A stretch of 64,000 nucleotides of DNA from Blasia pusilla (lineage: Eukaryota), in the NCBI GenBank assembly GCA_050084515.1, contig CM114271.1, positions 310,001 through 374,000 of the forward strand, given 5' to 3'. The notes under the pieces were generated by a model. The model searched no databases. It was not told the origin of the DNA and saw nothing but the letters and a program-made list of their open reading frames with translations. The position numbers and the translations under genes are program-made. Numbering within the stretch: the first letter of the stretch is position 1; every line of letters starts with the position of its first letter. Of this stretch, positions 12,200 through 24,900 are shown piece by piece.

Positions 12200-13360
12200 G
12201 TATGGGGAGATGGTAGGATACGAGTGGTACCTCATCCTTCCCAGCGAGCACGTGTAGTGCGACATGCCCATGAGGAGTTGGGACATTTCGGAGTAAAGCG
12301 TACTTAGCGCTTACTCCTGGTTCAGTATTGGTGGCGCGGCATGCATACTAGGATACAGCAGTTTGTGTCAGATGTATGGTATGTGACAGAGTGGGAGCAT
12401 CCTTCAATGCTCCCACTCCGCAGTTATGGGTTTAGGTTATCGGTGGAGTTTAGACTTTGCGGGACCTTTGCCATTGACAGAGCGTCATCATAGGTACGTG
12501 TTGGTTATGGTGGAGCATTTCTCAAAGTGGATAGAGTTGGTGGCACTACCAGACAAGGCGAGCGAGGGAACAACTTTTGCGTTTCTAGATCGTGTGCTAG
12601 TCACTTTGGTGCACCGGCGGAGGTATTGACTGACCAGGGTACCGAGTTCAGGGGAGAGTTTTAGGCCTTGTGTGATTAGGCGCTGATAGATCACCGCACC
12701 ACGTCCAGGGATCATCCTGAGGCGGATGGGTTGGCGGAGAGAGAAGTACAAACGGTGAAGAGAGGATTGCGCAAGTATGGCTTGGAGCGGGGACAGTTGA
12801 GGGAGTGGGACCTACAGTTGCCATGGTTGGCTATGGGTTATCGCTTTAGTCGGTAGGCATCCTTGGCATCATTTTCACCGTACTTTTTTCTCTTTGGGAG
12901 AGAGCCAGATTTACCTGCAGCGATTCAACGTAACATGGCGGAGGTGTTAGATCTTGATGATCCAGATGTGTGGGTGCAAGCATGTTCTCAGAGGGCAGAA
13001 GTTTTTCATAGAGTTATGCCTATGGCCTTTGAGAACTTAGCTATTGCCCAGCATAGAGATACATTGAGGTACGTGATAATCCCTGGATGATAACCTCCAT
13101 TCGTGGAGGAGGTTATCGTCCAGGGATTAGGAGGTTTCATCCTGCAGATTACGTGTATTTACAGCAGGCGGCACCCATGACGCTAGATGTCACTACAGGG
13201 CGCACGATCCCACGTGTGCGCGAGGTATTACCGACCGGAGTCCTCATGTTGGAGGGACGGGATGGTATGGTTTGGAAGGATCATGTGCGCAATTGTGCGC
13301 CATGTCATCTTCCGAACGTAGATGGGATGGTGGATCTGAGCTTGGCAGTGGTACCTGCAG
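12200..13360 (+). pseudogene. Gypsy integrase
   Basis: HHCC zinc-binding part (HAHEELGHFG), then SLDFAGPLP, LTDQG and GLAER (the DDE triad), and FSPYFFLFGREP. Stops and frameshifts present. Confidence 0.88.
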
Positions 13361-13362
13361 GC

Positions 13363-13462
13363 GTGAGGTGTATGTTGTGCGGATCTACGAAGGGTGCAGC
13401 CACCATGTTTGGTATGTGATGGTTGTTCTCGAGGGTGGCATATGTCATGTCTGACCCCCCTC
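13363..13462 (+). pseudogene. PHD finger C-terminal to integrase (truncated)
   Basis: VRCMLCGSTKGAATM-(frameshift)-VCDGCSRGWHMSCLTPP gives C-x2-C...C-x2-C-x3-WH-x2-C; the final W-x-C-x2-C is lost at the truncation. Confidence 0.8.
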
Positions 13463-16400
13463 AAGAATCCTCATTCCCATATGATGTTCACTATGATCCT
13501 CCCCTTGCAAGAAAGTTGATCTCTGTATGGATAAATTGTAGAATAAGATTATCAAATGAAGTTTAACAAAGATGATTGCTTCATTAAATGAATAGATGAT
13601 AATACTATAATTGCAAAAGGAGTAAGATCTGGTAGAATGTTCAAATTAGATGTTTCTATGCGAGAATTTAAGATACAATGTATGATCAAACTGGCCAATA
13701 ACTCATAGATTACAAGATATCGCGTATGAGAATTAGACATACGAATCTTGAAAGACTATATGGTATTTTATGATCTAATTTAATAATAGGATTCCCTAAA
13801 TGATGGATTCCGAATGTATTACAGATTTTGCCCTGCTTGCCAATTTGGAAAATAAGATTTTTATTTCCATTTCTAAAGGATGGCAAGAGAGTATCCAAGA
13901 TATGGGAGTTGATTCACAATGATGTGTAGACAATATTACATCATTGTCTTTGTGGTTGCAATTATTTTGTTTCCATTCTTGATGATTTCTTTAGGTATAT
14001 ATGACTATATTTTCTGAAAGCCAAGTCAAAAGTATTCTTAATGTTCTAAACATCCAAAGTTTTGGCAGAGAAGTACACGTGGCAAAACATTATTAAATTG
14101 GGATGTGATGGAGAAATAAAGTTTCTCTCAACAAAATTTGATGACTAAATTTTTTTACATGGCTAAATATTCTAAATTTTAGTCATCAATTTTTGGTCAA
14201 AATAGCATCCAACAACAAGTCACTTGTCGCCACATCCGACATTAAAGTGGAATGGTTGAGCGTCAAAATTGACATATTGTTTAGGTAAGACATGTAATAT
14301 TGAATGATAAGAATATTTCTAAGGTGTATTGGATAGTGTCGCGGCCCTCATAACCAAACGAACACCGAACAGACGTTAAGCAAACATTGGAACTTTAGCG
14401 TGCTTACGAAACGATGATTGCTCTTTGGAGAGGTCTCTTGGAAAAGTCCAAAAGACGAAACATGCAACAAATTTTGTGTGTTTCATGTGTTTATGATCGT
14501 GAGTAGGAAACCTGCACCAAACCTGAACTAAGACTTGAGATGACTTGAGTCTAGGAAGGTTGGTTGCCAAAGAGATGAGAACTAGTTTTGCAACACGATT
14601 ACCGTTTGGGGATTTTGAGTGTGTTTCGAACTATAACATTTAGTCCTTTGAACAAGTAAGATGGCGTTAGAAAGCTTATGCCAAGACAATTATAACGCAC
14701 TAAAGATCTCAAAAAATGCTCATACAAATCTTGAGATACTTGCCGAAAACCACTATAGTTGGAGTTGGGTTGAGGGCCAAATCGAGGGGCCCGACTGTCT
14801 TTCCCTAAAGGTAGAGGGAGGGTAGGGATCCCCACAAATACTAGTAAGGGTGAGTGTCTCCAAGGATTCCTTGGAATTTGAATCCCATTTTGAGCATCAA
14901 TGGCGTTTCAAGGGCAGAGGATGAAATGAGAGTTTGACATTAGAACTCCAAATCCAAACCTGATCCAAGGGAGTGGATTTTGTAAGCCACACTTGGATTC
15001 GAACCCACGACAGATTTTGTGAATTGCAATTAGGAACTCATTGAATGTCCATTGGATAGTTGGAACTACGAGGCATGCAAACGCCGTTTGAGCTTCCTCA
15101 ACCGACCAAAAAGTCTATCAGATGTCTTGAAAGACTTGCCTATGTTGTAAATCGCGAAACTAGGAAGGTTGAGCTTGATGAGAGGCCGAGTCGATGAATT
15201 GGAAAGTTAGAACACTGATTGACCTAGACTTGACAAATGTGAGTACGTGTTTGGGTACAAATCAGGATTGGGAGCGTGTCTTAGTAAACGCACACTTCCA
15301 TAACATTAAAGATTTACGTTCAAGGAGAGTAGGCGTACGATAGATAGAGATTGCAATGCGTGCACACTCTTCTTAATTAGCCGAACTTCAACAACATGAG
15401 TTTATGATAAGACTCTATTCAAAGTCCTTATAGGAAGTAAACTTGATTTCTCATTCTTGAAAGTCTTTTGTTGTATCCGTTATGCTCATATTATTTTTTA
15501 AACACATCAAAAATTAGATTGGAATATTAGAGATGTGTCTTGATTGACTATGTCGATGAAATTAAAGGATATGAATGGTATATTCCATGTTAAATATATA
15601 TTTTCATAAGTGAGGATATTTTTTTATGATTTAAAATCATGGTATGCTGGATCTGAACCTATTCTACCTTTAAACATATTTGTTGAGGGGAAGAATATGT
15701 TTGTAAACCAAAACATGTTGCCTTTCAATTCCCCCAAGTATTACTCGAGGATTGAGAGAGATTATAGACTTTTTAGTTAAATCTCTTAATCCAAAGCTGT
15801 GTGGAGTACGTACTATTTAGACTATTGACATCAGTAGAGCTAAAGTTAGATGTTAGAGGTTTCCATCTTTGAACAATAATTTCATAGATCAACCGCATTC
15901 ATATTTTTTGGTCATATATTAATAAATGAAGGATTTTCTTGGAATACATTATGCATATATGATGACTCCCCTTTAAGAAAAAAATTATGTTGTTTTGAAG
16001 AAGCGCATGTAATGTCGAATGGATCAAAGCTACGGAGGAAGAAATTGTTATATTAAATTATCAATAAATTTGGGAGATGGTTGATATACTTATTGGTAAG
16101 AGAGCTATTGATTAGAAATGGGTTTACAAGATCAAACGCAATCAAGATGGTATAATGAAGGAAAACAAAGTTTAGTTAGTAGCCAAGTGCATGCCAAAAT
16201 AATATGGTATCCACTACAAGGAGATATTTGACCTTTTTATAAAATCAAAACTACGACAATTGTGGTTGTAGTTGTAGAGAATAAGAAGTAGAGACTACAT
16301 CATAATGACCTCAAGAATGTCATCTTGAATGGAGATTTGCATGAGGAAGTATATATGACTCAACCACATGGATATAAGCATCTCAAGTTTCCATTATATG

Positions 16401-17530
16401 TATGCAAAATAAAGAAAGCTATATATAGGCTTAATCAAGCTCCAAGAGTTTGGTATGGAAAAATTACATATGTTGTACAAAAACTTGACTTCAACGTTTG
16501 TGATTTTGATTCTTGGCCATGTGTCTTGTGAGGACAAAATAATATATTTATTATTATATTATATGTTGATGACCTCTTGGTTATTGGGAGTACTGAGGAT
16601 ATGATACTATTAGTCAAACTAAAGTTACACATAAAATTTGATATGAAGGAGTTAAGAGAACTCAAGTACTTTCTTAGTGTTAACTTTATCAAGGTTAGAG
16701 AGAGCATTTGGTTATTACAACGACAATGTGTTGTTCACATACTTTCAAAATAGAGTATATGGCTTGTAAGTCAATCTCAACATCATTAGACTACATTGTG
16801 AAGCTAATAGTGGATGAAAGAGATTTTCTTTTAGATTTTAATACGTACAAACGTATGATTGGAAGTTTGATATATTTGACTATAACTAGATCAGACTTGA
16901 GCTGCAAAGTTAGCTTAGTGAGCTAGTTCGTGCAAGCATCTCGAAAATCTCCCCTTGATGCTGTGAGGAGAATTATGTGGTATATGAAATTATTTATTCA
17001 ATTTGGGCTTCGATTTGAACCTTCTCAAAGCTGACAATTACTAGGATTTATAAATGTTGATTGGGTAAGAAGCATCTATGATAGAAAATGTATACTTGGT
17101 TAATTATTTCTTAATTTAGGAAATCATTATGATAAGTTGGGATTCAAAGAAGCAATCTACAATTGCTTTATCTTCAATAAAAATCGAGTATAAGGAAACA
17201 AACAATGCAACATGTGAGGCTGTATGGTTTCAATGATTACTACTTTAGATTGGTATTTGTAACTCATGATCTAGTGTAATATATGTAGATAATATTAGTA
17301 GCATGAAATTTCTTTGATAATCCTTTGTTTCATGGTCGAACAAAGTATGTGGGGGTGCACTATCACTTTATCAAAGAGAAAGTGCTTGCAAAGTTGATAT
17401 TATGTACATACGTACAAATCAACAAATTGTTGATATCTTTACAAAGGCATTGTCTAAAGATAAATCTGAGAAGTTTAGAAATGATTAAGGTGTTACAAAT
17501 ATCAGTACGCTTTTGAGGGGAATATTGAAC
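13463..17530 (+). mobile_element. Highly degraded Ty1/copia element
   Basis: Remnants NGDLHEEVYMTQP, KAIYRLNQAPRVWY, LYVDDL, MIGSLIYLTITRSDL and FHGRTKYVGVHYHFIKEKV. PPT-like TTGAGGGGAA at about 17514. Confidence 0.85.
14337..15342. mobile_element. About 1 kb solo-LTR-like insertion in the degraded copia integrase
   Basis: Begins TGTCGCG and ends CGTACGATA, flanked by the 5-bp TSD GATAG (14332-14336 and 15343-15347). Removing it rejoins the copia YW-x-E motif. Confidence 0.7.
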
Positions 17531-18818
17531 AGTGAGTTATACTTTAACTCATTAGAGATACAAATTTTTACATTTGGTACTCACATGAAGTAGGAGATCT
17601 TAATTTTGGTTAGTCGATTATGCATGATTATCTTAACTAGGGTTAGTTAGCCATAGATAGTGTACTTGAAATTCTAGTTAGGGTTAGGATTGCTTATACA
17701 TTTTTTACATAATTGAGAAGGGAACTAACCCCCACTTAATTTCTCATTGCAAATTTTTGTTTTCCATGGTGGTGTGTGAATGCGAGAGCCACATCCCATC
17801 AATTATGCTTACTTACTGATTTTATAGATTTTGGAGGTTAGTGCATGTGATATTGATATGTTATCAAGAGATATGTATGTGCATATGTATCCTCTCCTTA
17901 TCTCCATCTTTAAGAGGGAGAACAAACTCAAGTCAAGAGGGAGACAGAAGGTAGGGAAATACAAGAGTCATTAAGGACAAGGGAATGCGGAGGAGAAGGA
18001 AAGGAGGATCATGGAGAATATAGAGCTACAAGAGGGCGAGAAGCATTGGAGAATCAAAAGGATGGTGATGGAAGGGAGATTAAAGGCAGGAAATGGAGGC
18101 AAAAAAGGAGGGATAAAAAATGATTTTCTATTCATATCCGTGGAAGGAGGAATTCATCTTGGGCTTTGCACTAAGATGGTTCTTAGTGCATAGCCCAAGA
18201 TGGATGGTTCATGAAAATATACACAAGAATGCTTCCTTGATTGGGGCCTTAGTTGACCCACTCCATGGCACGGGCTCCAATGTGTTCATAAGCCCTACGG
18301 GTATGAGTTTTTTTTCATCCTTGGTCAAAGATTGTGGAATAAGGCTTTTTAACTTATTAATGGACGCTATTATTTCGGCCGGCTCTCAGAAACCGCCTAT
18401 GAATAGCACGTGCATTTTCTTATCCAATCGTTCACGGATACGATTCGTTTCTTTCCTGATCTGTTCTTACAATTGCGGTGGTTCCCTAGCTATTTTAGAG
18501 CATTTACAAATCCGAACATATCGTACCAGCATCCGATTAGAGTCATAGTTTATTTATCTGTCCATCTCGGTATCAATTTCTCAATTGCTGTGCTGTTCTA
18601 TCACTGAAAACCCAAAAAAACTATCACAATCGCCCTTCGCGTCCGCATAGGTTTGATCGCACGTGACAGGTAAGGGGAAGGCGCTACACCAGAGGTACAA
18701 ACAGTGAATAATAATCAGGAGAGCTGGAGTCATCGGTGAGGAGCGGGATAGAGACGGGCCAAGGAAGTCGATTGGAAGAGGACGATGTAGGTGACGAAAT
18801 TTTGGGAAGAGGTCGTGG

Positions 18819-18932
18819 ATGAATTTGAAGGGAATTGTAGAAATTGTAGAAATCTGCAGTGCGGGAGCACTGCGAAGGGGAGGAGGAGGAGGAGCGGTGT
18901 TGAGGATAGTGGATTCTGGTAGATTGGAGTAG
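18819..18932 (+). promoter_or_regulatory. Putative 37-codon uORF ending 5 nt before the ASG2-like start; G-box CACGTG at 18660-18665
   Basis: ATG at 18819 reads MNLKGIVEIVEICSAGALRRGGGGGAVLRIVDSGRLE to TAG ending at 18932. A minimal ATG-TAG also occurs at 18785. Confidence 0.4.
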
Positions 18933-18937
18933 GAAGG

Positions 18938-21900
18938 ATGAAGCAGGTACGATGTGCGGACGGCAATATTCTGGGGTTACTGGATGGGAGGACAATTGAT
19001 TCTCAGCAAGCAAGTTTCTTCGCCTCCTTTCAACCTTCCTTGTCTTCGTTGCTGATTGTTGTCATCGGAGAAATTATTTGTGCCCGTGTGTTTGGTTTAA
19101 TTCGGAAGCGAAGTTACGATGTGGGAGTCCTTTTCGATTCGCTCGTGCCTCTCGTTTGGATCACCATGGGATTTCAATCTCACATGACACGGCTGAGTGA
19201 CTTTTATGATTGCCATCAGAGATGTTAAGATTGCTTGATCTGCTGGAATTTGTGGTAATCTTCGCACTTCTGAGTTATACGGCTGTCAAAGCAAGAAGCC
19301 AGAAGGAGCTTGATGAATAAGAGTTCTGATATGAAATGTCAGTTATTTGTCAAAGCACGCGGTAACAGTACGTCCAATTACAGAAGTGCAACCTAGGATT
19401 TTTGTGGCGAAATTCGCCTTGTCTGTCATGAGTGAAATTTCTCCTTGCCTGTCACAATGTTATGTCAAGATCATAAATTTGTACACTGAGTGGTAATACA
19501 GAGCTTTCTTGTACTACGAAGTTAGAAAGAGCTTGTTGTGTTTTCCCGCCCTGCCCTATAACGTTTGATTCATGTCAATGACGAACAACTATTACAGTGT
19601 TCGTTGAAGACCTAGCTTTGACTGTAAAATGTATTTGTGGCTATTCTGTACTAGCAACCCCAGCTTCTAGAACCTACATTTGAATGAAACATGCTTGTCT
19701 ACAAGCAAGACACTGCAGTTTGGCGTTAGGTTGTCTCCATATTACTAGCTTAGATTAAAGGGTTTGGATGGTTTAATGTGCATGGATCCAGAACTAATGG
19801 TAGGTGGTTGGGACGGGAGCAGGTGCCACATTCCTATCAAGAGCAACATGTCATGCGATCACTACAGATGCACACTTCACTAGTCCATCGACTGGCCCGA
19901 GAACTGCCTCTAGAGGTACGCAGACTGCTAAATCTTGAAAGGATTGCATTTGTGAGCGCGTGCAGATACACGGAAGTGAGGTAGTCAGGCTAGAAGAAGG
20001 AAGATTCACACTTCAGCATTCCACAGTTCTGTGTATTCCAATCCAGGTGTCATGGCATGTTCATGATTAGAACTCTTGTCTCCCCAATTCAGCATGCAAG
20101 TTTTAAATGAATGTTTCTGCTTCTGCACTGCTGAAACTTGGAGCACAGTCTGAAGGTTCAGTAAATAAGCACTGATCTTTCAACCCCTGCAGCCTGTTGT
20201 GTGCTGTTGGATTCAGCCACTGGGAAACTTCCGGACAATCTATCACAGAATAGGGCTGAAGGAATAAGTCGCTTCGTTGCGTGAATTTTGGAGATCTGGT
20301 GCTTCAGATTTGAGAAATTGGACCGGTTTGAATTCCCCAGGAATTCAACCTGTTTTGATTACGTAGTAGCGTGGAGAAATTTGCCAGGCTAAGTTACAAG
20401 TTTTCAAACCTATACAGAATAGAAGGTCTCCAATGGTTGCCAGTAGGAAGTTTTTGCGGATCACTGTCACAAAGGGTGCTCTTCAGGATTCTTCTTGAAG
20501 ATTCTGTTTTAAAACTGTTTGTGTTTGGGGTGAACATGGTCAAATGATATGAGGGTGTTCGCCTCAAACACATACTGGGAATAGATGACTTTTGGGTGTA
20601 ATGAGCGTGCTGTCATATCTCGTGGTGAATGTCTTCTACTTGTTTTAGAATAGCCAATGGACTCTGGAGATATGGTTCTTGCTGTGAATAGGTGTTTTCA
20701 TCCGACTTTCAACTGGGGCCAGTCATGCGCAGAGAGCTAAAGACAGATTGATCTTTTTACTTCAATAGGAAAGTTGCTTTGTCAGACGCTCTGGAGCTAT
20801 GATCGTAAACTTGCAGGGTGTGAGAACAGGAGCAAAGAACATTATCTGAAGTGCCATCAAACTGAAAAAGTCAGTATTGTTTACTTATATGTGATATTCT
20901 CTGTCAGGGTCATCAAGGTTGTGTAAATGCATTAGCTTGGAACTCGAAAGGATCACTTCTGCTATCTGGTTCTGATGATACAAGGGTAAGTGGAAAATGG
21001 GCCTTATTTATTTGGAAATTTGAATTTAGAACTAGCATGTATAGTCATTGGAAACACTCTCTTGTCTATCCTCATTAGATTTGAGCTTACTGGTGGTGGA
21101 AGCACTACTTTGTGAGTAGTTTTGGGATCTCTCATGATTGTGGACATCATGACATCTACTCTTAAGTGATGGAATCGTTCCGATGGTCAGATGTTTATTT
21201 GACTGAGATTTCTGTTCTCTGTGAGGTGTCTAGGAATGAGATTGTGATATTCTGATGGGGTAAGCTCTGACCAATTATTGACAGGTAAACATTTGGGATT
21301 ATGGCTCGCGAAATCTGGTTCATAGCATTTACACTGGTCATTCCGGAAACATTTTCTGCACAAAGTTTATGCCAGAAACTGGTGATGATGTTGTGGTTTC
21401 AGGTGCTGGAGATGCAGAGGTAATTCGGTCTAATATCTCACTTCATGTTATGGAGGTCAAAGATTGTCTATTAACATTGTTATATAGACTTAGTACACAC
21501 TAGAGTCTTTTGTCCATATTCCCCATTCCCGGGATGCACAGTGCCATAAGGAGTTCGGAAAGAGAGGCAAGACATGGTTGGAAAAGCTCTCACGATGGCA
21601 GGGGTTAGTATTAACATGAAGTTTAGGGCCTATAGGGGTAAGGGGGGTATACAGGCCTTTAGGGTAAGGCCCTCATCAACACATCTATAACCTGCTTTTG
21701 AATATCGTGATCAGATTGCATCTATGTAGGCCTCATCTCGGCTATTTTGAAAGAGGAAAAGATTTAATGAGTATTATCTTCATCATGAGATCAAGAAGTA
21801 AAGGCGGTTTGTCTGAGAAACGAATTTTGAAGTGGAGAAGAAAAGTGAACAAGAGTATGTACTCTGTCACTGCACCGAATTCAGGGTCTTAATATATCCA

Positions 21901-24900
21901 TGAGCCAATCTAGTTTCTGCTCAAAGGAATCAAGAGCCCGCTCTGGACTGAGATGGAGGAGGGGTATACAGGTTCCCATTTAAAGCTTTCCTGGATCTTT
22001 GTTTTGGAAGAACAGTCTAATCAAGGCAAGAAATGTTACAAGAACAGCCTAATTGAGGCAAGAAATGTTACAAGTACGTAAATTTTGTGACAATGATCAA
22101 CAGTCCTCAGTGTATTTTTTGAAATATCTTTATCTTTTAGCAGATCCTATGGTTAGTTGAGAGCCTAGATTTGTGACAGTTTTCCTGGATTGTGTTCTTC
22201 CAATCCTTTTTCTGTGTCAGAAATCTCTTCTTCATTGAAGTAGCAGATGACAAATAATGTACGGTGGCTTTTAGTGGTCTAAAGGTACACAGTGTGGAGG
22301 GCAGAATCCATTCCTGCCAATCAGGTAACTGTCTTTTTAAAATCTTGTCCAACTTTCAGAATGGGTTCAGATGGCAGTCTCATAAGTTAGGAGATCTAAA
22401 GAATAAGGGTAGACTAAAGGTATAACATTTTTTCTTTTGAAAAATATACATGGTTGATAGAGTGTGAGGTCTCTGCCCCAAAATAAAGGTTGAGCTTCCG
22501 AGCCCCTTAAAGTCACACAAATTAAAGTGTACTCGTGTCGTTCAAGTACTTTCTTACAATTATTTAATGACGTGAAGATTCGTATCTAGAGAAGTATAGG
22601 TCGTTTGTGAATTGGTGTCACTTACCAAAATTCCTTGAATCTTCCATAATCAGTGGCTATGCCTTCGGATTATTGGATTTGAAATGGCCAAAGAATTATT
22701 TTCTGTTTGTCAATTAACATTCCATCTTGGCAGAAGATATGGCTTTCAGGTGGGCTGGATGATTTTCTTCCCTGCCCCCTTGGACCCATTTGTCAGGAAG
22801 TGCTTGGTTTTCTAAGGATGGTTGTGATCCAGGCTTGTAGAGTTTGGCACGAGCTTGTTGAAGTTTTGGAATATTTGAGGAGTGATTAATACTTCCTGTT
22901 TTTGTCACCAGGTCAGGGTACACAGAGTTAGTCGTTTAGTGGGAGGAAAGGTTGGCAGAACATCCTCCTCTGAGCAAACGGCTATATTTCGTTGCCATGC
23001 CAAGCGAGTGAAGAAATTGGCGGTATGTGTCACAGACATTACTATATGATGTGGGTGTCTGTGTGTTGGGTGTTAGTAGTCAGTCAAAGCTTATTGAAGT
23101 GTAATTTGAATACACAGGGAGTTACGTTTCTTGCTTTAGGGAAGTGGTGTATACGGCTACAATAAGTTGGATTTCTGCATGTTGAATGGGAGATGTCTGT
23201 TTCAAGTGGCAGCTTTTAAGGATTATCCTGGTGTTCCCAATTATTTATTCGGTATTTTCATAGCCTTCAGATCACAGATTTTTCATCTAACTACCCAATC
23301 ATAATTTGTCTGACACTCATGTAAATGCCAGGTTGAGGAGGGAAATCCTCATGTTATTTGGAGCGCTAGTGAGGATGGTACTTTAAGACAACATGACCTT
23401 CGTGAAGGCATCCGATGTCCTGCTCATGGTGCTGCTGAGCATGATTGTCGGAATGTTCTGGTTGGCCTCTCAAACATCATGACCCCCTAGGCCCCATCAC
23501 TGGTGTATGTATCGGTCAGATGCAAGTTCTAAAGTTCCGAAGTTCATTTGACTAGACATCTGTCAGTACTGGCTGACTATTTGGATTGATGTGATTATCA
23601 GCCTCTATTTGAAATCGCAGATGACCAAATCCATCTCATGAGCTTTGTGTTTAGAAACTAGTAGACTAGTGTATGCTCAGGAGGGCATTCAGCATTATCT
23701 CATTCATTATGACTGGAATTATTGCTTCCTTTTCAAGAACTGGCGTTGAAATGCTGTAAGAGGAAAGAAGGAAGGAGAGTCATGTATTTGATTAATTCTT
23801 TTCCTGACAATGATTGGAGGGGTTAGTAATCTAATACGAAAGATGTGAAACCTATGATTATTCAACCACAGGTGTCAAAAGACACGATTTGAATGACTTT
23901 GATGGTTAAATCGGTGATGGCCTAACAGCTGGATCTACGAGGTGGAGCAAAGAAATCACTGCAAGATGCTCCAAGGCATCTTCTTCGCTTGAAGACATGT
24001 GCAATGAGCCCCACTCGTCCCCATCATCTTCTTATTGGTGGCAAGTACGGTGAAGCAGGGACAGAGAAAGCATATTTTGGAAAAGTCTTGTAGTAGATAG
24101 CAAGGTCTGAATTTTATTTTTTGCCTGAGGACACACTGACAAAAAAGGCGAATCCAACATTATGGATTCATATCAGATTAGGGTTCTGTTTTGCCTAGAT
24201 CGAGGTTTTCAGAGTTCCGGCCCTTTACCTAGGCAGGGTCTGACGAATAGTCTTATGCCTACTGAAGCTTTTTTGACTGGCTTTGACAGTGATGCCTTCG
24301 CTCGTCTTTATGACCGTCGTATGCTACCCCCACTGACTTCTGTTCAGCAGCCGACCAAACCACCTCCTTGTGTTTGCTACTTTTGCCCTGCCCATCTTTC
24401 AGATAATGTGAGTATCCACTAGGGGAGAATACTCTGCTGTCTGGAAATGGTCAAGGGAGACAGTGAGAAATTTGATTTGTTGGATGATATTGTATATTTG
24501 TACAATTTGACTGGAATTCTCACAGACGTATCAGCAAAAGTTTTGATATGACCTTGTTAATTTGCTCCAAAAAAGTCAGTTAGTCTACATCACCTTGAAA
24601 ATTTAATATTTTGATTTTGTGTCTCATAGAATCCACGATTTCGCTTTGTAAAGAAAGTTTCAGTGGTGGTGCCATGATGCAGTTGAGTTAGATTTCAGTG
24701 TTAAATGGACCTCTTTTAGTTCACTGCCACTCACTGCTTAAACCCAATGTTTGATCACATCTCAAAAGAATTATTGTGGCACTTGGAGTTAAGCAATCTT
24801 CTAGCACCAGACGGTTTGTCTTACATAATTCTAGTGGATAATTTTTGGTATGGATAATGTGCAGAGTCGTTCTGGGCTGCATCTCACTCATGTTACATTC

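Larger units (their letters stand above)
4700..13462 (+). mobile_element. Decayed Ty3/gypsy LTR retrotransposon with DNMT and PHD domains (Gag-PR-DNMT-RT-RH-INT-PHD), 3'-truncated
   Basis: Ordered domains on the plus strand, with stops and frameshifts. TATA-containing LTR-like leader near 5034. Left boundary is approximate. The element ends inside the PHD at about 13462, where a copia remnant begins. Confidence 0.88.

Noticed and set aside
18120-18548. 142-aa ORF upstream of the ASG2-like gene
   Set aside because: It has no recognisable motifs and overlaps probable promoter or TE-remnant sequence.
22010-22075. 32-bp tandem duplication in intron 4
   Set aside because: Only two imperfect units with no spacers; an ordinary local duplication, not an array.
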